A stretch of DNA of 64,000 nt from the human T2T-CHM13v2.0 reference genome, Homo sapiens (GCF_009914755.1 NC_060936.1); one strand, 5' to 3'; counted from the stretch's first letter, positions 14,498 to 27,314 are shown. The notes: generated from the sequence alone by a model not told the origin. A program made the numbers and translations.

Positions 14498-15991
14498 GAA
14501 TCATTTTCTCACTGAATGATAAATCAAGCTCATCGAATTTGAAGATCGATGCTTTGTCATGTCTATACGTAATCCTCTGTAACCATTCTCCTCAAGTCTT
14601 CCATCCTCACGTTCAGGCTTTGGTTCCTCCAGTGGTGGCTTGTGTTGGAGACCCATTTTACAAAATTACATCTGAAGCACTTCTTGTTACTCAACAGCTT
14701 GTCAAAGTAATTCGTCCTTTAGATCAGCCTTCCTCGTTTGATGCAACTCCTTATATCAAAGATCTATTTACCTGTACCATTAAGAGATTAAAAGCAGCTG
14801 ACATTGATCAGGAAGTCAAGGAAAGGGCTATTTCCTGTATGGGACAAATTATTTGCAACCTTGGAGACAATTTGGGTTCTGACTTGCCTAATACACTTCA
14901 GATTTTCTTGGAGAGACTAAAGAATGAAATTACCAGGTTAACTACAGTAAAGGCATTGACACTGATTGCTGGGTCACCTTTGAAGATAGATTTGAGGCCT
15001 GTTCTGGGAGAAGGGGTTCCTATCCTTGCTTCATTTCTTAGAAAAAACCAGAGAGCTTTGAAACTGGGTACTCTTTCTGCCCTTGATATTCTAATAAAAA
15101 ACTATAGTGACAGCTTGACAGCTGCCATGATTGATGCAGTTCTAGATGAGCTCCCACCTCTTATCAGCGAAAGTGATATGCATGTTTCACAAATGGCCAT
15201 CAGTTTTCTTACCACTTTGGCAAAAGTATATCCCTCCTCCCTTTCAAAGATAAGTGGATCCATTCTCAATGAACTTATTGGACTTGTGAGATCACCCTTA
15301 TTGCAGGGGGGAGCTCTTAGTGCCATGCTAGACTTTTTCCAAGCTCTGGTTGTCACTGGAACAAATAATTTAGGATACATGGATTTGTTGCGCATGCTGA
15401 CTGGTCCAGTTTACTCTCAGAGCACAGCTCTTACTCATAAGCAGTCTTATTATTCCATTGCCAAATGTGTAGCTGCCCTTACTCGAGCATGCCCTAAAGA
15501 GGGACCAGCTGTAGTAGGTCAGTTTATTCAAGATGTCAAGAACTCAAGGTCTACAGATTCCATTCGTCTCTTAGCTCTACTTTCTCTTGGAGAAGTTGGG
15601 CATCATATTGACTTAAGTGGACAGTTGGAACTAAAATCTGTAATACTAGAAGCTTTCTCATCTCCTAGTGAAGAAGTCAAATCAGCTGCATCCTATGCAT
15701 TAGGCAGCATTAGTGTGGGCAACCTTCCTGAATATCTGCCGTTTGTCCTGCAAGAAATAACTAGTCAACCCAAAAGGCAGTATCTTTTACTTCATTCCTT
15801 GAAGGAAATTATTAGCTCTGCATCAGTGGTGGGCCTTAAACCATATGTTGAAAACATCTGGGCCTTATTACTAAAGCACTGTGAGTGTGCAGAGGAAGGA
15901 ACCAGAAATGTTGTTGCTGAATGTCTAGGAAAACTCACTCTAATTGATCCAGAAACTCTCCTTCCACGGCTTAAGGGGTACTTGATATCAG
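14498..15991 (+). CDS. CAND1: CAND1 exon 10 (large 1494-nt internal exon, HEAT repeats)
   Basis: tttttag| ... CAG|gtaggt; lies inside ORF 14431-16017; GIIFSLNDKSSSSNLKIDAL...LLPRLKGYLIS. Confidence 0.98.
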
Positions 15992-16790
15992 GTAGGTATC
16001 TAGATTTTCTTACTTAAAAAGTTTTTTATTGATAGTTGGTTGCCTTAAAAGACACCTAATAAAGAAGTTAAGCCATGTCTATATTTTCTTAAACCTAAAA
16101 GCTAAGTATGTGATGAAGAAAAACTGTCTTTCGTAGTATGGAGTGATATTCAAATGACATTTTGTTGTTTTAAAGGATAGTGTGGTAATTAGATAATGGT
16201 TAAATCTGTTCTAATTCCTCATGATAACTACATTTTAATGTTACTATATTGTGTTAAAATGTGGAAAAGATGTATCTAATGAATTAACATAATCTGAAGA
16301 GCTTGTTGATACTAATTACAATAAGTATAATTGGTGACAGTACTTTTTTCAAATGGAAGATTCTGGAAGAGTTTTCAGATTTACCAGTGTCATCCCCATT
16401 AGAACAAGTAAAAGGTAGTAATATTAATAGCAGTAATAGCCATTCATTCTTAGACATTGCTTTCTGTTTTAGTAAAAAATTTGAAGATTTTTAAGCGGTT
16501 TTGGATTTAGCTAGTTCTATTTTGTGAGGGCGAGATCGTCCACTGCTGCTTCAAGTCCCTCCTTCCCAGAAGGAATTGTTTCTTTGAAATCTAATGGGAT
16601 TATATTTTGTGCTCATAAGTAAGTTAATTTTGCTCCTTTGGATTCATGTGTGCAATAAGAAATACCCTTCTTGGCCAAGGAGAATTCTAAGGCATTGAAG
16701 ACACTGGTGTTATTTGGAGTGGTTTAAAAATGATGTCCGTGAGTTTTAGTGGACTACATACCAACAGACTTGCAATTTATTTTTAACTAG

Positions 16791-16886
16791 GCTCATCATA
16801 TGCCCGAAGCTCAGTGGTTACGGCTGTGAAATTTACAATTTCTGACCATCCACAACCTATTGATCCACTGTTAAAGAACTGCATAG
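16791..16886 (+). CDS. CAND1: CAND1 exon 11 (96 nt)
   Basis: taactag| ... AG|gtaagt; GSSYARSSVVTAVKFTISDHPQPIDPLLKNCI. Confidence 0.96.
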
Positions 16887-19294
16887 GTAAGTGGAAACAA
16901 AGATAAACATACTGATTTTTGGACTTTAGAATTCTCAAGAAACTCTTGAACTTAGTAACTAGAAATATCGAGGAATTAAAATGCTTATAAAATAATTGTT
17001 TAAAAGAAAATTGATATGATCTTACAACTTTTAACAAATTGCATTTGCCTGTATTGTTTGTAATTATTCCTAGATGATTTTGCACATAAATGAAGTTATA
17101 ATATACCAGCATGTCTTTAGAGTCAACTACATATTTGATAGCCATATTTTTGGGGTGACCTAAGATAGCTTTAGTGGATAAAGCAAAAAGATACTAGATT
17201 TATATGGCCAGTCTGAAGTTTCTCCCTAGATTTAAATGAGTCTTGCTTGAGCTATTAAGGCCTCAAATTTCAATTATTACTTCTAACACCCAAGGAGATC
17301 TATGGAGATTTCCATATTTAAGGTCAAAATAACCTAAGAATAAAAAATAAAGGGGGGGAGAGCTAATTCCCAGAAGAACTAAGAGGAGATAACCCAAGAA
17401 AAACTAGGGCTTCTCTATTTCTGTGAAGACAAGAATTAGCTTTTGGGATTATTTCTGATTTTATAACCTCCTTGCATTTTGTTTTTATCATTGGTTTTCC
17501 TAGAGTTTGATAATAGCCAAAAACACCTCAGAATTTAGTTTGTTGCTTTCTTGAGGACAGGATAATGGAGATAACCATCAGGGAGGATTGAGGGATTTGG
17601 CAAAGAAGCTTTGTAGCTTTGTGCCATTCTTCAGTGTGCCAGAAAGAAAAAAAATACAATATAAAATTTGAACTGCATAGAAAGGGATTGCCAATTCAGA
17701 ATAAGGAAAGCACAGGCACAAATGGGTTCTATTGCTAGGGCCTAGAAATTATTTAAAGTCTATATGAGAAACAACTTATTGGCATTTCCCCCACACATTT
17801 TCTGCTTTGATATGTTTATTGAGGACATTGGTATTATGCAAAATAGGACAGAGGAAGAGGCCCATGCCATATCTCTAGAAATATCTTTCCATGTTGACAG
17901 CAGTCAACCAGTATGCATTGTTGATACAGTTACTCAGCCAGGTAGTTAGCATTCTAATTGAATTATGATCTAGTTAAGTATTCATGACTATTTGAACATC
18001 AGAACCACCTGGGAAACTTTTTAAAAATTGAAATTGCTAGTTCATGACACCATTTTGTCCATAATAGCAATATTTTAGATGCTTTACTGAAAGCGGATAT
18101 ATACTCTATTGTAATTACTCTTCTAATCTACCAGTTTAGTATGCAAATAAAGGGGAGGGGAGATTAGTTTGGTACATTTATATTGTTTTTGAAACCACGC
18201 TGTTTCTCAGACTTTTTTTTTTAAATCAGTGCTGGAACTTTCTTGGATATCAACATTGGGTTTCCCAATCTACAGTATCTGAAGTCTCTCTTTCCTCCCA
18301 TATTTTCAAATTGCAGGTTTTTCAAGTTGGCATTCAAGTCTTTTATCTCTCCTACATTTCCCTGTGTATTCTAAAAGATTGCTGATGATAGAGTTGAGAT
18401 CATATAATGATGAATAATAGCTACATGTGAATACTTAGTGTGTACTAGACATTGTCTTCAACAATATATGCGCCGTTTATTCTGCTCAGTATAGCTCTAA
18501 AAGGTTTATAATCCTCATTTTATTGACTGAGAAACTGAGGTTCTTGCCTAAAGTAACTTGCACAAAATCATACATTTAACAAGTAAAATGATTTGAACCA
18601 CCAACCATGTGACTCCAAAGATCTTTGCATTATACTTTCTTGCCCACATTTGCAAGAGTAAGCAGACTTTTAAAATACCTAGATGGCTTCTCTGGCTTTT
18701 GTCCTATGTTAGCTTTCAATTTTCTCCTTTTATATTATTTTCCTGTGAATTCGTGTATTTCTTACTGAAGACAGAAATAAAGTAGGGCTTTTGGAGGCAC
18801 GTTTCTCTTTCATTTGATTAATTGTATATCTGCTAATAGTACTCCATCTTTATTAAGCAGTGGGTCTGTCTTCACTTCATTTTTTTATTCTTATTTTGAA
18901 CTTAGTTTAAAAATATTTTTGTTGCTGCTTTTAGTGAACTACAAGGAGAATCAAGCATGTGATTAGTCTTTTTAGCTCTGTCTCTGTCATATCTTATATC
19001 TATAGAAGTGATATTGAGGAACTTTATGGACTCTTCTTCCATACCCTCTGCATTATAAGTGCTGAGAGTGGATTATCAATTGAAAATATATTCACCTTCA
19101 GAAATGATAGTTGCGTTGCTGCTGAAAGAAACGTTATGGTTCACTTAGTGTTTCATCAGGTTCTTCCCTGACCGTCACTGAAGAAATAACAATGACACCA
19201 GCAAAAATAAATTATATCAACTTAGAGAAAATATAATGTATATTGTATTTTAAGTTTATCATGTCTGTCTGTTGCTTTTCTTGTAATATTTCAG

Positions 19295-19464
19295 GTGATT
19301 TCCTAAAAACTTTGGAAGACCCAGATTTGAATGTGAGAAGAGTAGCCTTGGTCACATTTAATTCAGCAGCACATAACAAGCCATCATTAATAAGGGATCT
19401 ATTGGATACTGTTCTTCCACATCTTTACAATGAAACAAAAGTTAGAAAGGAGCTTATAAGAGAG
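19295..19464 (+). CDS. CAND1: CAND1 exon 12 (170 nt)
   Basis: tttcag| ... GAG|gtaagt; [30 protein letters not shown]...KELIRE. Confidence 0.97.
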
Positions 19465-19545
19465 GTAAGTTAGATCACACTGTTTATTTGAGCTTGTCTT
19501 TGACTTAAGTATTGTATATCCACACGTTCTTTTTTGCTTTAACAG

Positions 19546-19710
19546 GTAGAAATGGGTCCATTTAAACATACGGTTGATGATGGTCTGGATATTAGAAAGG
19601 CAGCATTTGAGTGTATGTACACACTTCTAGACAGTTGTCTTGATAGACTTGATATCTTTGAATTTCTAAATCATGTTGAAGATGGTTTGAAGGACCATTA
19701 TGATATTAAG
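19546..19710 (+). CDS. CAND1: CAND1 exon 13 (165 nt)
   Basis: taacag| ... AAG|gtaaga; [28 protein letters not shown]...HYDIK (includes the [10 protein letters not shown] beta-hairpin motif). Confidence 0.97.
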
Positions 19711-20734
19711 GTAAGATGTTTGTGCCTATTTATACAATGTTTTAGAAGAAGACTTTGCTAGAGCAACTTTCACCCTTGTAATTTACTCATGTGTCTGAGA
19801 AAAATCAGGTTGTCTGTGAAGATTTTGATAAGCATATTGTAAACTATAAAGTGCAAAAGTAATAGGCAGTGTAACACCAGTTGACGTGTAAGAAAGATCC
19901 AGAGCCCTTTTTATTGGAGGAGGAAGTGGCAGTGGATGCAAAATGCTGTGTGCCCACTTGCTTAGTGAATAGTCCCTAGATCCTTTCCCTCAAAAAAGTC
20001 CCGACAGATTTTGCTGTTTAAAGTATAAATCTGTAACTTTTTGGCCTGTCTTAACATTGGACCATAGTTGCTACCCATGGAGGGTTTTCTTAGCATTGTC
20101 TTGATTAAGTCTCCTGAGCTACCTTTGGGGCTAGTCTGAATTGTAACTGTATCATTTACCTGAATGAGGAATTTTTGTTTTTCAATATAATATACTGTGT
20201 TTAATATCAAGAATTTTGTTATAGGACATGGAACTTTTCAGATATACAAAACAATCTGTAGAAGCTACTTGAGAGAAATCATACTGCGTCTTATGTTTGG
20301 ATAATGAATTTTGCATATAAGTGTTCTTTGTTTTCCTGTGTGTTCGTCTCCATTTAAAATGTGAACAGTAAAAGGGTGATTTGAAAAATGAAAAATATAT
20401 GCATTGTGTCTTTTTCATCTACTCTTCCATTTAGGGCTTTTGGCCAAGCAGGACAAAAGTGGTAACTCAGCAGTAATTGAGCCATACTACCCGAACTCCT
20501 ACTCTTAGGTTTCCATGTGTGGTAGTGACCTGAGCCTCTCAAAGTTCAATGAAGAGGGCCTCCCCACCAAGAAGTAAAAGGATGTGCTTGTTTAATTCTA
20601 TGAGTTTATAGTCCAAGAGAAAAAGGTTTATGGGTTATCAGGTTTTACATGGATTAATCTGAATAACTGGTCAACTCTGTTATGATAGTGGAAACTTATT
20701 ATGAAATTGTGTTCCAGTTCAGTAATTTTCTAGT

Positions 20735-20910
20735 TCTATGATTCTCAATTCTGGTGCACATGAGCTTTAAAAAATAAAAATAAAAAAAATAATGTGTGCC
20801 ATATTCTGACAGGTTCAGTAAAACTCTCTGGGGATGGGGCTTGAAGAATGGGTATGTTTCTAAAGCTCTCTGGATGATTCTAATGTGCAACCAAGATTGA
20901 AAACCACTTT
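20735..20910. mobile_element. MER5A-like hAT MITE remnant
   Basis: gattctaatgtgcaaccaagattgaaaaccact terminus. Confidence 0.6.
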
Positions 20911-20931
20911 TCTAGTTCTTATATCTGTTTG

Positions 20932-21076
20932 AGACAGATTTGTCTCAAACCTTATCTGAGTTAAGTGCTAAAGAGACCTCACCTATAATATGCTGCTCAA
21001 TAGACCTCACCTAAAATACAATCTGGTGAGGTCTCTTTAGCACTTAACTCAGGTAAGGTTTGAGACAAATCTGTCT
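20932..21076. repeat. 52-bp inverted repeat with 41-nt spacer, intron 13
   Basis: 20932-20983 is the reverse complement of 21025-21076 at 51 of 52 positions (T20955:G21053). Confidence 0.97.
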
Positions 21077-21217
21077 GATTCTGATTGGCAGATTACATTA
21101 AAAGGAAGGTTTACTTTGCATGCTAGTTATTTTCCTTTAAAGGATTTGTCAGAATTTAGTATTTTGTTTTTAGAAAATGATGTCAAATCTAAATTCTGTC
21201 TTTTTTATTCCTAATAG

Positions 21218-21325
21218 ATGCTGACATTTTTAATGTTGGTGAGACTGTCTACCCTTTGTCCAAGTGCAGTACTGCAGAGGTTGGACCGACTTGTTGAGCC
21301 ATTACGTGCAACATGTACAACTAAG
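21218..21325 (+). CDS. CAND1: CAND1 exon 14 (108 nt)
   Basis: ctaatag| ... AAG|gtaaga; [36 protein letters not shown]. Confidence 0.96.
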
Positions 21326-22130
21326 GTAAGAAATGATAAGTATCAACCTAGGTCAGACTTGGTGTATTGGGGATTCCTAGCCAATTCTTTTCTCTAGCTT
21401 TCCAAATATAACTATTCCAGTGCTCTGTGTAGCAGTTGGTTTAAAAAGTTAACCTATCGAATACTGATATTTTATAAAACTTAGCCCTGTTAACGGCTAT
21501 TCTTAAAAGTTTTTGTTTATTGCTATATCAATATGTTAACATTTTGAAGTACTGATACATATTTGAAGTACTGATATGGGATAAAATGTGATCAGGCCAC
21601 AAAAGAGGAAATTTTTAATTCTGGTTGGAAGGGGAGTCAGAAGGTTTCATATTAGGTTGACAACATTTGCAATGAACCTCGAAAAATCAAGATTTTTTTT
21701 TTTTTAGACCAAGAAGATGAAACGGGCTTTGAATAAAGGCCTGGAGATGTCATCATATGGTGTGTTTGAAAAAGTGAATAATAGAGTATAGCAAAGAATA
21801 GGGTAGCTAGAGGAGTACTTTCTTGATGGGGGCTAAAGTGTGAGACTTGCTAAGCAGATAGTTGAAACAAAGAGTGTCCTACTCTCTTTGTTACAATCAT
21901 TTGGGTCTAGATTTTCTGTTTTTATAATGGGGCTTTGTGTAAAATATTCCCTTAAAAGAAAAGGAGACAGCTACTTTAAAAATAAGTTTAAAAACAGTTG
22001 TTCTTAGAATGTAATATGCCTTATGGACCTACGAGAGTAGCTTTTAGCAGGAAGATCTTATGTGCTTAAATTTTGTTCATGTAAGAGCTGTCTTTTATAG
22101 CATGTAATCTAAGTTTACTCCATCTTACAG

Positions 22131-22355
22131 GTAAAGGCAAACTCAGTAAAGCAGGAGTTTGAAAAACAAGATGAATTAAAGCGATCTGCCATGAGAGCAG
22201 TAGCAGCACTGCTAACCATTCCAGAAGCAGAGAAGAGTCCACTGATGAGTGAATTCCAGTCACAGATCAGTTCTAACCCTGAGCTGGCGGCTATCTTTGA
22301 AAGTATCCAGAAAGATTCATCATCTACTAACTTGGAATCAATGGACACTAGTTAG
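22131..22355 (+). CDS. CAND1: CAND1 last coding exon (exon 15, CDS part 225 nt) ending in TAG
   Basis: cttacag|; [24 protein letters not shown]...[12 protein letters not shown] (TAG 22353-22355). Confidence 0.97.
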   Translation, partial: VKANSVKQEFEKQDELKRSAMRAVAALLTIPEAEKSPLMSEFQSQISSNPELAAIFESIQKDSSSTNLESMDTS

Positions 22356-23648
22356 ATGTTTGTTCACCATGGGGACCATTACATATGACCATACAATGCA
22401 CTGAATTGACAGGTTAATCATAAGACATGGAAAGAGAAGTGTCTAAAAGCTTCAAAATGTTCCACTTTTTTTTCCTTCATGGAGACTGTTTGTTTGGCTT
22501 TCTTCCATTGTTGTTTTTGTAGCATTTATTTCAGAAATGTGTATTTCCATAATCCAGAGGTTGTAAAACCACTAGTGTTTTAGTGGTTACAGCAACATTT
22601 GAAATGGAAACTAAAAGTTAGGATTTTATGGAGTATGGAGATAGGGTCCAGTATCTATTTACCCTGTAATGTTTAGGATTAAAATGTTAAAATTTTGTGA
22701 CCATGAATTTCTTTCTTTTATAAATTTTCTCATTTAAAAATCAAAAATCTTGCAAAACAAAAACCATGTTTCTTTTTCTTGTATAACTTTTTGTTTTCAG
22801 CAACATAAATTGATTTTTAGCTGGCAGACAAGAATATCCATATAAGATTTGTTAACCATTTCAGAGAGTTTGGCAATTTTTAAAAGATAATAAGGTATCA
22901 TTTTTAAGTATGAAAATTAACAATATCCCTGTTGCGCACACTAATTTTGCATGAGTAAGTTTACAAATATGTATCGTCTGTAAAGCAGCATGTGCAGATT
23001 ATTCATAATATAGAAGTTAAAATAAGTATTAGTGCAATTTTCAGATATTTATTTTTGCACAGAAAACACATTATCTGGAGAGAAAGAAAGGAGAATTTTT
23101 GAGACTTGGGTTTTCTTAATGCCAGTGTGAATTTGCAGATGTTTTCAGAAAATCAAGTCACAGTAACAATTTGCCACTTTTTTCTATTATAAATCTTCTT
23201 ACTTAAATTTTGAATATTTAGTTTTTCTCAGTTACCCATTTGTGTGTGTGTGATTCCACTTAGAAATTCTTAAAACCAGATTTTTCTTTCATTCCGTTTG
23301 GATGTCTACATTCCTTATCAAAGGATATAAATACTGTGTATGCTTTTGAATTTTATTTTTAGGAAAATTCTGAAGCCAGCTATCACAGGTTTGTTAGCTA
23401 ATAATAGTATTTTCTTTTAGTTGAGTTAGGTTTTTCCCCATCTCCTGTAGAGCGAATTTACATATTGTATTGGGTAAGTGTTCACTACTTTTCCTGATTA
23501 AGGGATCTGTGCTGGGGAACAAAGCTTTTGCAGTACCTTATATTGTAGTTAAAATTTTATTTAACATATCCTTCAGTGAGCTCATTTCACACTGTAGCCT
23601 CTTCCTTAAAATTTGTGGTGCTCCTGTAACAGTAAGAACTAATTCTGA

Positions 23649-23654
23649 AATAAA
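23649..23654 (+). terminator. candidate proximal poly(A) signal AATAAA
   Basis: gaAATAAAagac in 3'UTR. Confidence 0.4.
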
Positions 23655-24111
23655 AGACATCTCCTAATGCTGTGCAAACATAGTTTACATGTATTGAAGG
23701 AGGCAGTTGTTAAATTGAGTGACCAATTTAAGCAATCAGATATTTGAAAACTGCACCCTTTAGTTTTGAAACTGTGAATTAGAAACACTTTTCCTGCTGT
23801 ATTACTACCTGCTTTAACATCCAAATATACAGTGATTTTAAATGATAACATACTGTGGTTATTAGATTAACAGCTTGATTTTGAATGTTCAGATGATAAT
23901 GCAGAAGACATCACTTCTAGTAAGGATTTTGACTAGTGCATTGATGTTGAAGTTGGTGCCATTTCAAAATGTGGCAGGTGATAATCTTTTACCATAATTT
24001 GCATAAAACTGTAATAGAAGTTTATTTTGAGATGTTAGTATATTATGTACTATGCATTTCTGTGGTATAGATGTTGTGGATATATTTAAGTATTTGGTTA
24101 CATGGTTTTAC

Positions 24112-24117
24112 AATAAA
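24112..24117 (+). terminator. poly(A) signal AATAAA (likely main proximal site)
   Basis: UGUA-containing, U-rich upstream sequence; GU-rich downstream (atgttgtgtgaatgtct). Confidence 0.7.
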
Positions 24118-24697
24118 TTACAATACTGCAGGCTCTAGGACTGAACAGGAGACTGACATGCATATGTTGTGTGAATGTCTTAGTTGGGTAAAGTTAAATC
24201 CAAATACTTCAACTGGCTTTTTCTTCAGTTTGTTTGTTTTTAACTTTCAAGATGCATGTTTTGTTTTGTTTTGCTTTGTTTTTGTCTCTTAAGCCAATTC
24301 ATTTTTCTAACAGTTGAAATTCTTTTAGTACTAAAGAAATAGATACTGCTCTTTTATGGCTTTAGTGTTTATATACCTGTTTATATGCATACATTAACAA
24401 AATTAGTAACAGCAGTGCTTAGAATTTCAATGCTGTGTCATACTGATGATTAACTCCATACTCCTAGTGGTGATGTGGTCCAGATACTGGAATGGAAGTG
24501 GCAGGATGTGGAGTCCAGACATAGTCTACCACTCATGCTACTTACTAGTAATATTAAGGTGTTAAACTTAGGAATTTGTCACATGTAGGTTCCTGAGGAG
24601 ATCTAAAAGTTAATACAAAACCAAGCTGTTTACTGATTTTCATGAGAACATTTAAGTTAGTTTAGGTCTACCTGATTTATTTTAAAAGAAGGCAGAG

Positions 24698-24996
24698 GGC
24701 TGGACGCAGTGGCTTACGCCTGTAATCCCAGCACTTTGGGAGGCCGAGGCGGGCGGATCACGAGGTCAGGAGATCGAGACTATCCTGGCTAACACTGTGA
24801 AAACCCATCTCTACTGAAAATACAAAAAATTAGCTGGGCGTGGTGGCAGACGCCTGTAGTCCTAGCTGCTACAGCTGAGGCAGGAGAATGGCGTGAACCC
24901 AGGAGGCGGAGCTGGCAGTGAGCCGAGATCACGCCACTGCACTCTGGCCTGGGCAACAGAGCGAGAGTCTGTCTCAAAAAAAAAAAAAAAAAAAAG
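24698..24996 (+). mobile_element. AluY in long 3'UTR
   Basis: gagatcgagac, gaatggcgtgaacc diagnostic motifs; A tail; aaggcag TSD. Confidence 0.93.
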
Positions 24997-26392
24997 GCAG
25001 GAAGGAAATTTGGTATGGCAGGGCCTAACCTAAAAGGTTATTTATAAAATCAATAGCACTGAATGATAATTTTTTTAATGACAGTCATGTATTTTATTAA
25101 TGATATCTGAAAGCTGCTTAACCATTAGGAATTACAATTCTTTATGGTTGGAGTATGATGATTTCATCAAATGTTTGAATATTTACATAATTTTTATGTA
25201 ACCATAATTAAACCAAATTAGTCTTTTTTTCTTCATACTTTTCTTCGGTAAATAGTGAAGAAATAATGGGCATATCTAATTAACCAGTTCTAGTGGGTGT
25301 TGTGATATCTTTATATCTAGTTCAGTCTCAGATGTATGAATATGATTATATAGTCATGATTGAAGTTCAAAATGAGGAAGTATACAAAATCCTCAGCCAC
25401 TGAAAAATTCAGTTAACTTGTTTATACTCCTGTAAGCTCTAGTTAGTCACAAGACAAAGTATATAGTAACACTTTGTAATGAAGTAACATTTTCTGCCCA
25501 CATTAATTTTACTAAAGACCTAAATTGTTAAAATTAATTGCCAATCTCTGGATATATTATGCTTAGTAAGTGTTTTGAAATTAAAGACCTTAAACATTTC
25601 AGCAAGTAAATTTTGGATTCTAGCTCTGTTTTAAATTGAATCCTAATTTTCAAACCACTGCTACCCCAGATTCATACCTGTTTTTGAAATCTTGTTTATG
25701 GAATGGAAAATTGACAGTATGGTAATAGTTTATTGACTGATTGGACAAAGGATATTCTGGTTTTAACTGACTTTTCCATTTAAATAAAATTCATTTGATA
25801 ATTTTGGTTGCAAAAGTGGAACACAGTGGAAGTATTTGGCTACAGGCTACCCAAATCTCATCAGATAAGGCTGTTTTCTTAAAGGAAATGCAAAATGAAA
25901 TCATATGTTTTCCTTTTCCAATACAGTAAATTGCTTGTTTTCCTATGAATATCAGAAAAGATTTTGTAAACACCTTTGCTGTAGTTTCAGGCAAGATCTT
26001 TCAGCAACATGTTTTTGCTCTTTGTAACTTAGAAAGTTAGCTCTGAATCCAAAAACTACTGAAGTGAGTAATGCATATAATTTTACTTTTTTGGACCCTA
26101 TAATGCCAGTGTGTCAGGTTTCAGAATGATATTTAGTAGACAGAAATACCTAATTTTGTTTTGGAATCTTAATACCCTGTCCTCTTCATAACTTTCTAGT
26201 GGTGATTTTAGCAAGTTTAATTATTTTGCTGAGGTCTTAGAAGACAGAAAGCTTATGCTATGTAAAGTGACATTGTTTCCAGATTAGGAAGTATTGGAAT
26301 TAATTTGCTATTGCCAGTAAGTAATGGTTGATGGATATTAAGTGATTTTAGTCTAGAATGCTCTCAAAAAAATAGTAAAGAATTGTACTTCA

Positions 26393-26530
26393 GGGCCAGA
26401 TGGCAGCTCACGCCTGTAATCTCAGCACTTTGGGAGGCCAAGGTGGGGGATCACTTGAAGACAGGAGTTGGAGACCAGCTCTAGGCAACATAGTGAGACC
26501 CTGTCTCTACCAAAAAGAAGAAAAAAGAAA
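26393..26530 (+). mobile_element. Alu left monomer (FLAM-like)
   Basis: cacgcctgtaatctcagcactttgggagg...A-rich end. Confidence 0.8.
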
Positions 26531-26665
26531 TCAACAACATGCAACCATAAGAATGGATGAGATGGCCCTAAAAGAATAAGGATTACATATAATGAGAAGA
26601 CGTGTGGGCTGAAATACCTAGTGAACAATATTTAAGGGAAACTGAAGTGCAAATGGCCTCACAGG

Positions 26666-26957
26666 TTTGTTTTTGTGTTTAAGACAAGGTCTCACTCTGT
26701 TGCCTGGACTGGAGTACATAGCACGAACATGGTTTACTGCACCTCAGCTTCCTGGGCACAAGTGATTCTCCCACCTCAGCCTCCCGAGTAGCTGGGAGTA
26801 TAGGTGTGTGCCACCACGTCCAGCTAATTTTTTTATTTCCTTGTGGAGATGGGGTCTCATGACCTTGTCCAGGATGATCTCAAACTCCTGGGCTCAAGCA
26901 ATCCTGTGTTGGCCTCCTAAACTGCTGAGATTATTGCAAGTGCCTCCTTGCCCAGCC
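26666..26957 (-). mobile_element. AluJ, antisense
   Basis: diverged dimer. Confidence 0.85.
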
Positions 26958-26969
26958 ACATGTTGTTGA

Positions 26970-27314
<345 letters not shown>

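Noticed and set aside
15102-15395. Antisense ORFs over CAND1 exons (also 2010-2228, 6786-6980, 22115-22348)
   Set aside because: Shadow ORFs of the coding strand; no independent support
22563-22591. 8-bp hairpin aaccacta/tagtggtt in 3'UTR
   Set aside because: Too short to distinguish from chance without conservation data
24976-24996. A-run as a possible transcript end
   Set aside because: Genomic AluY tail; would cause oligo-dT internal priming
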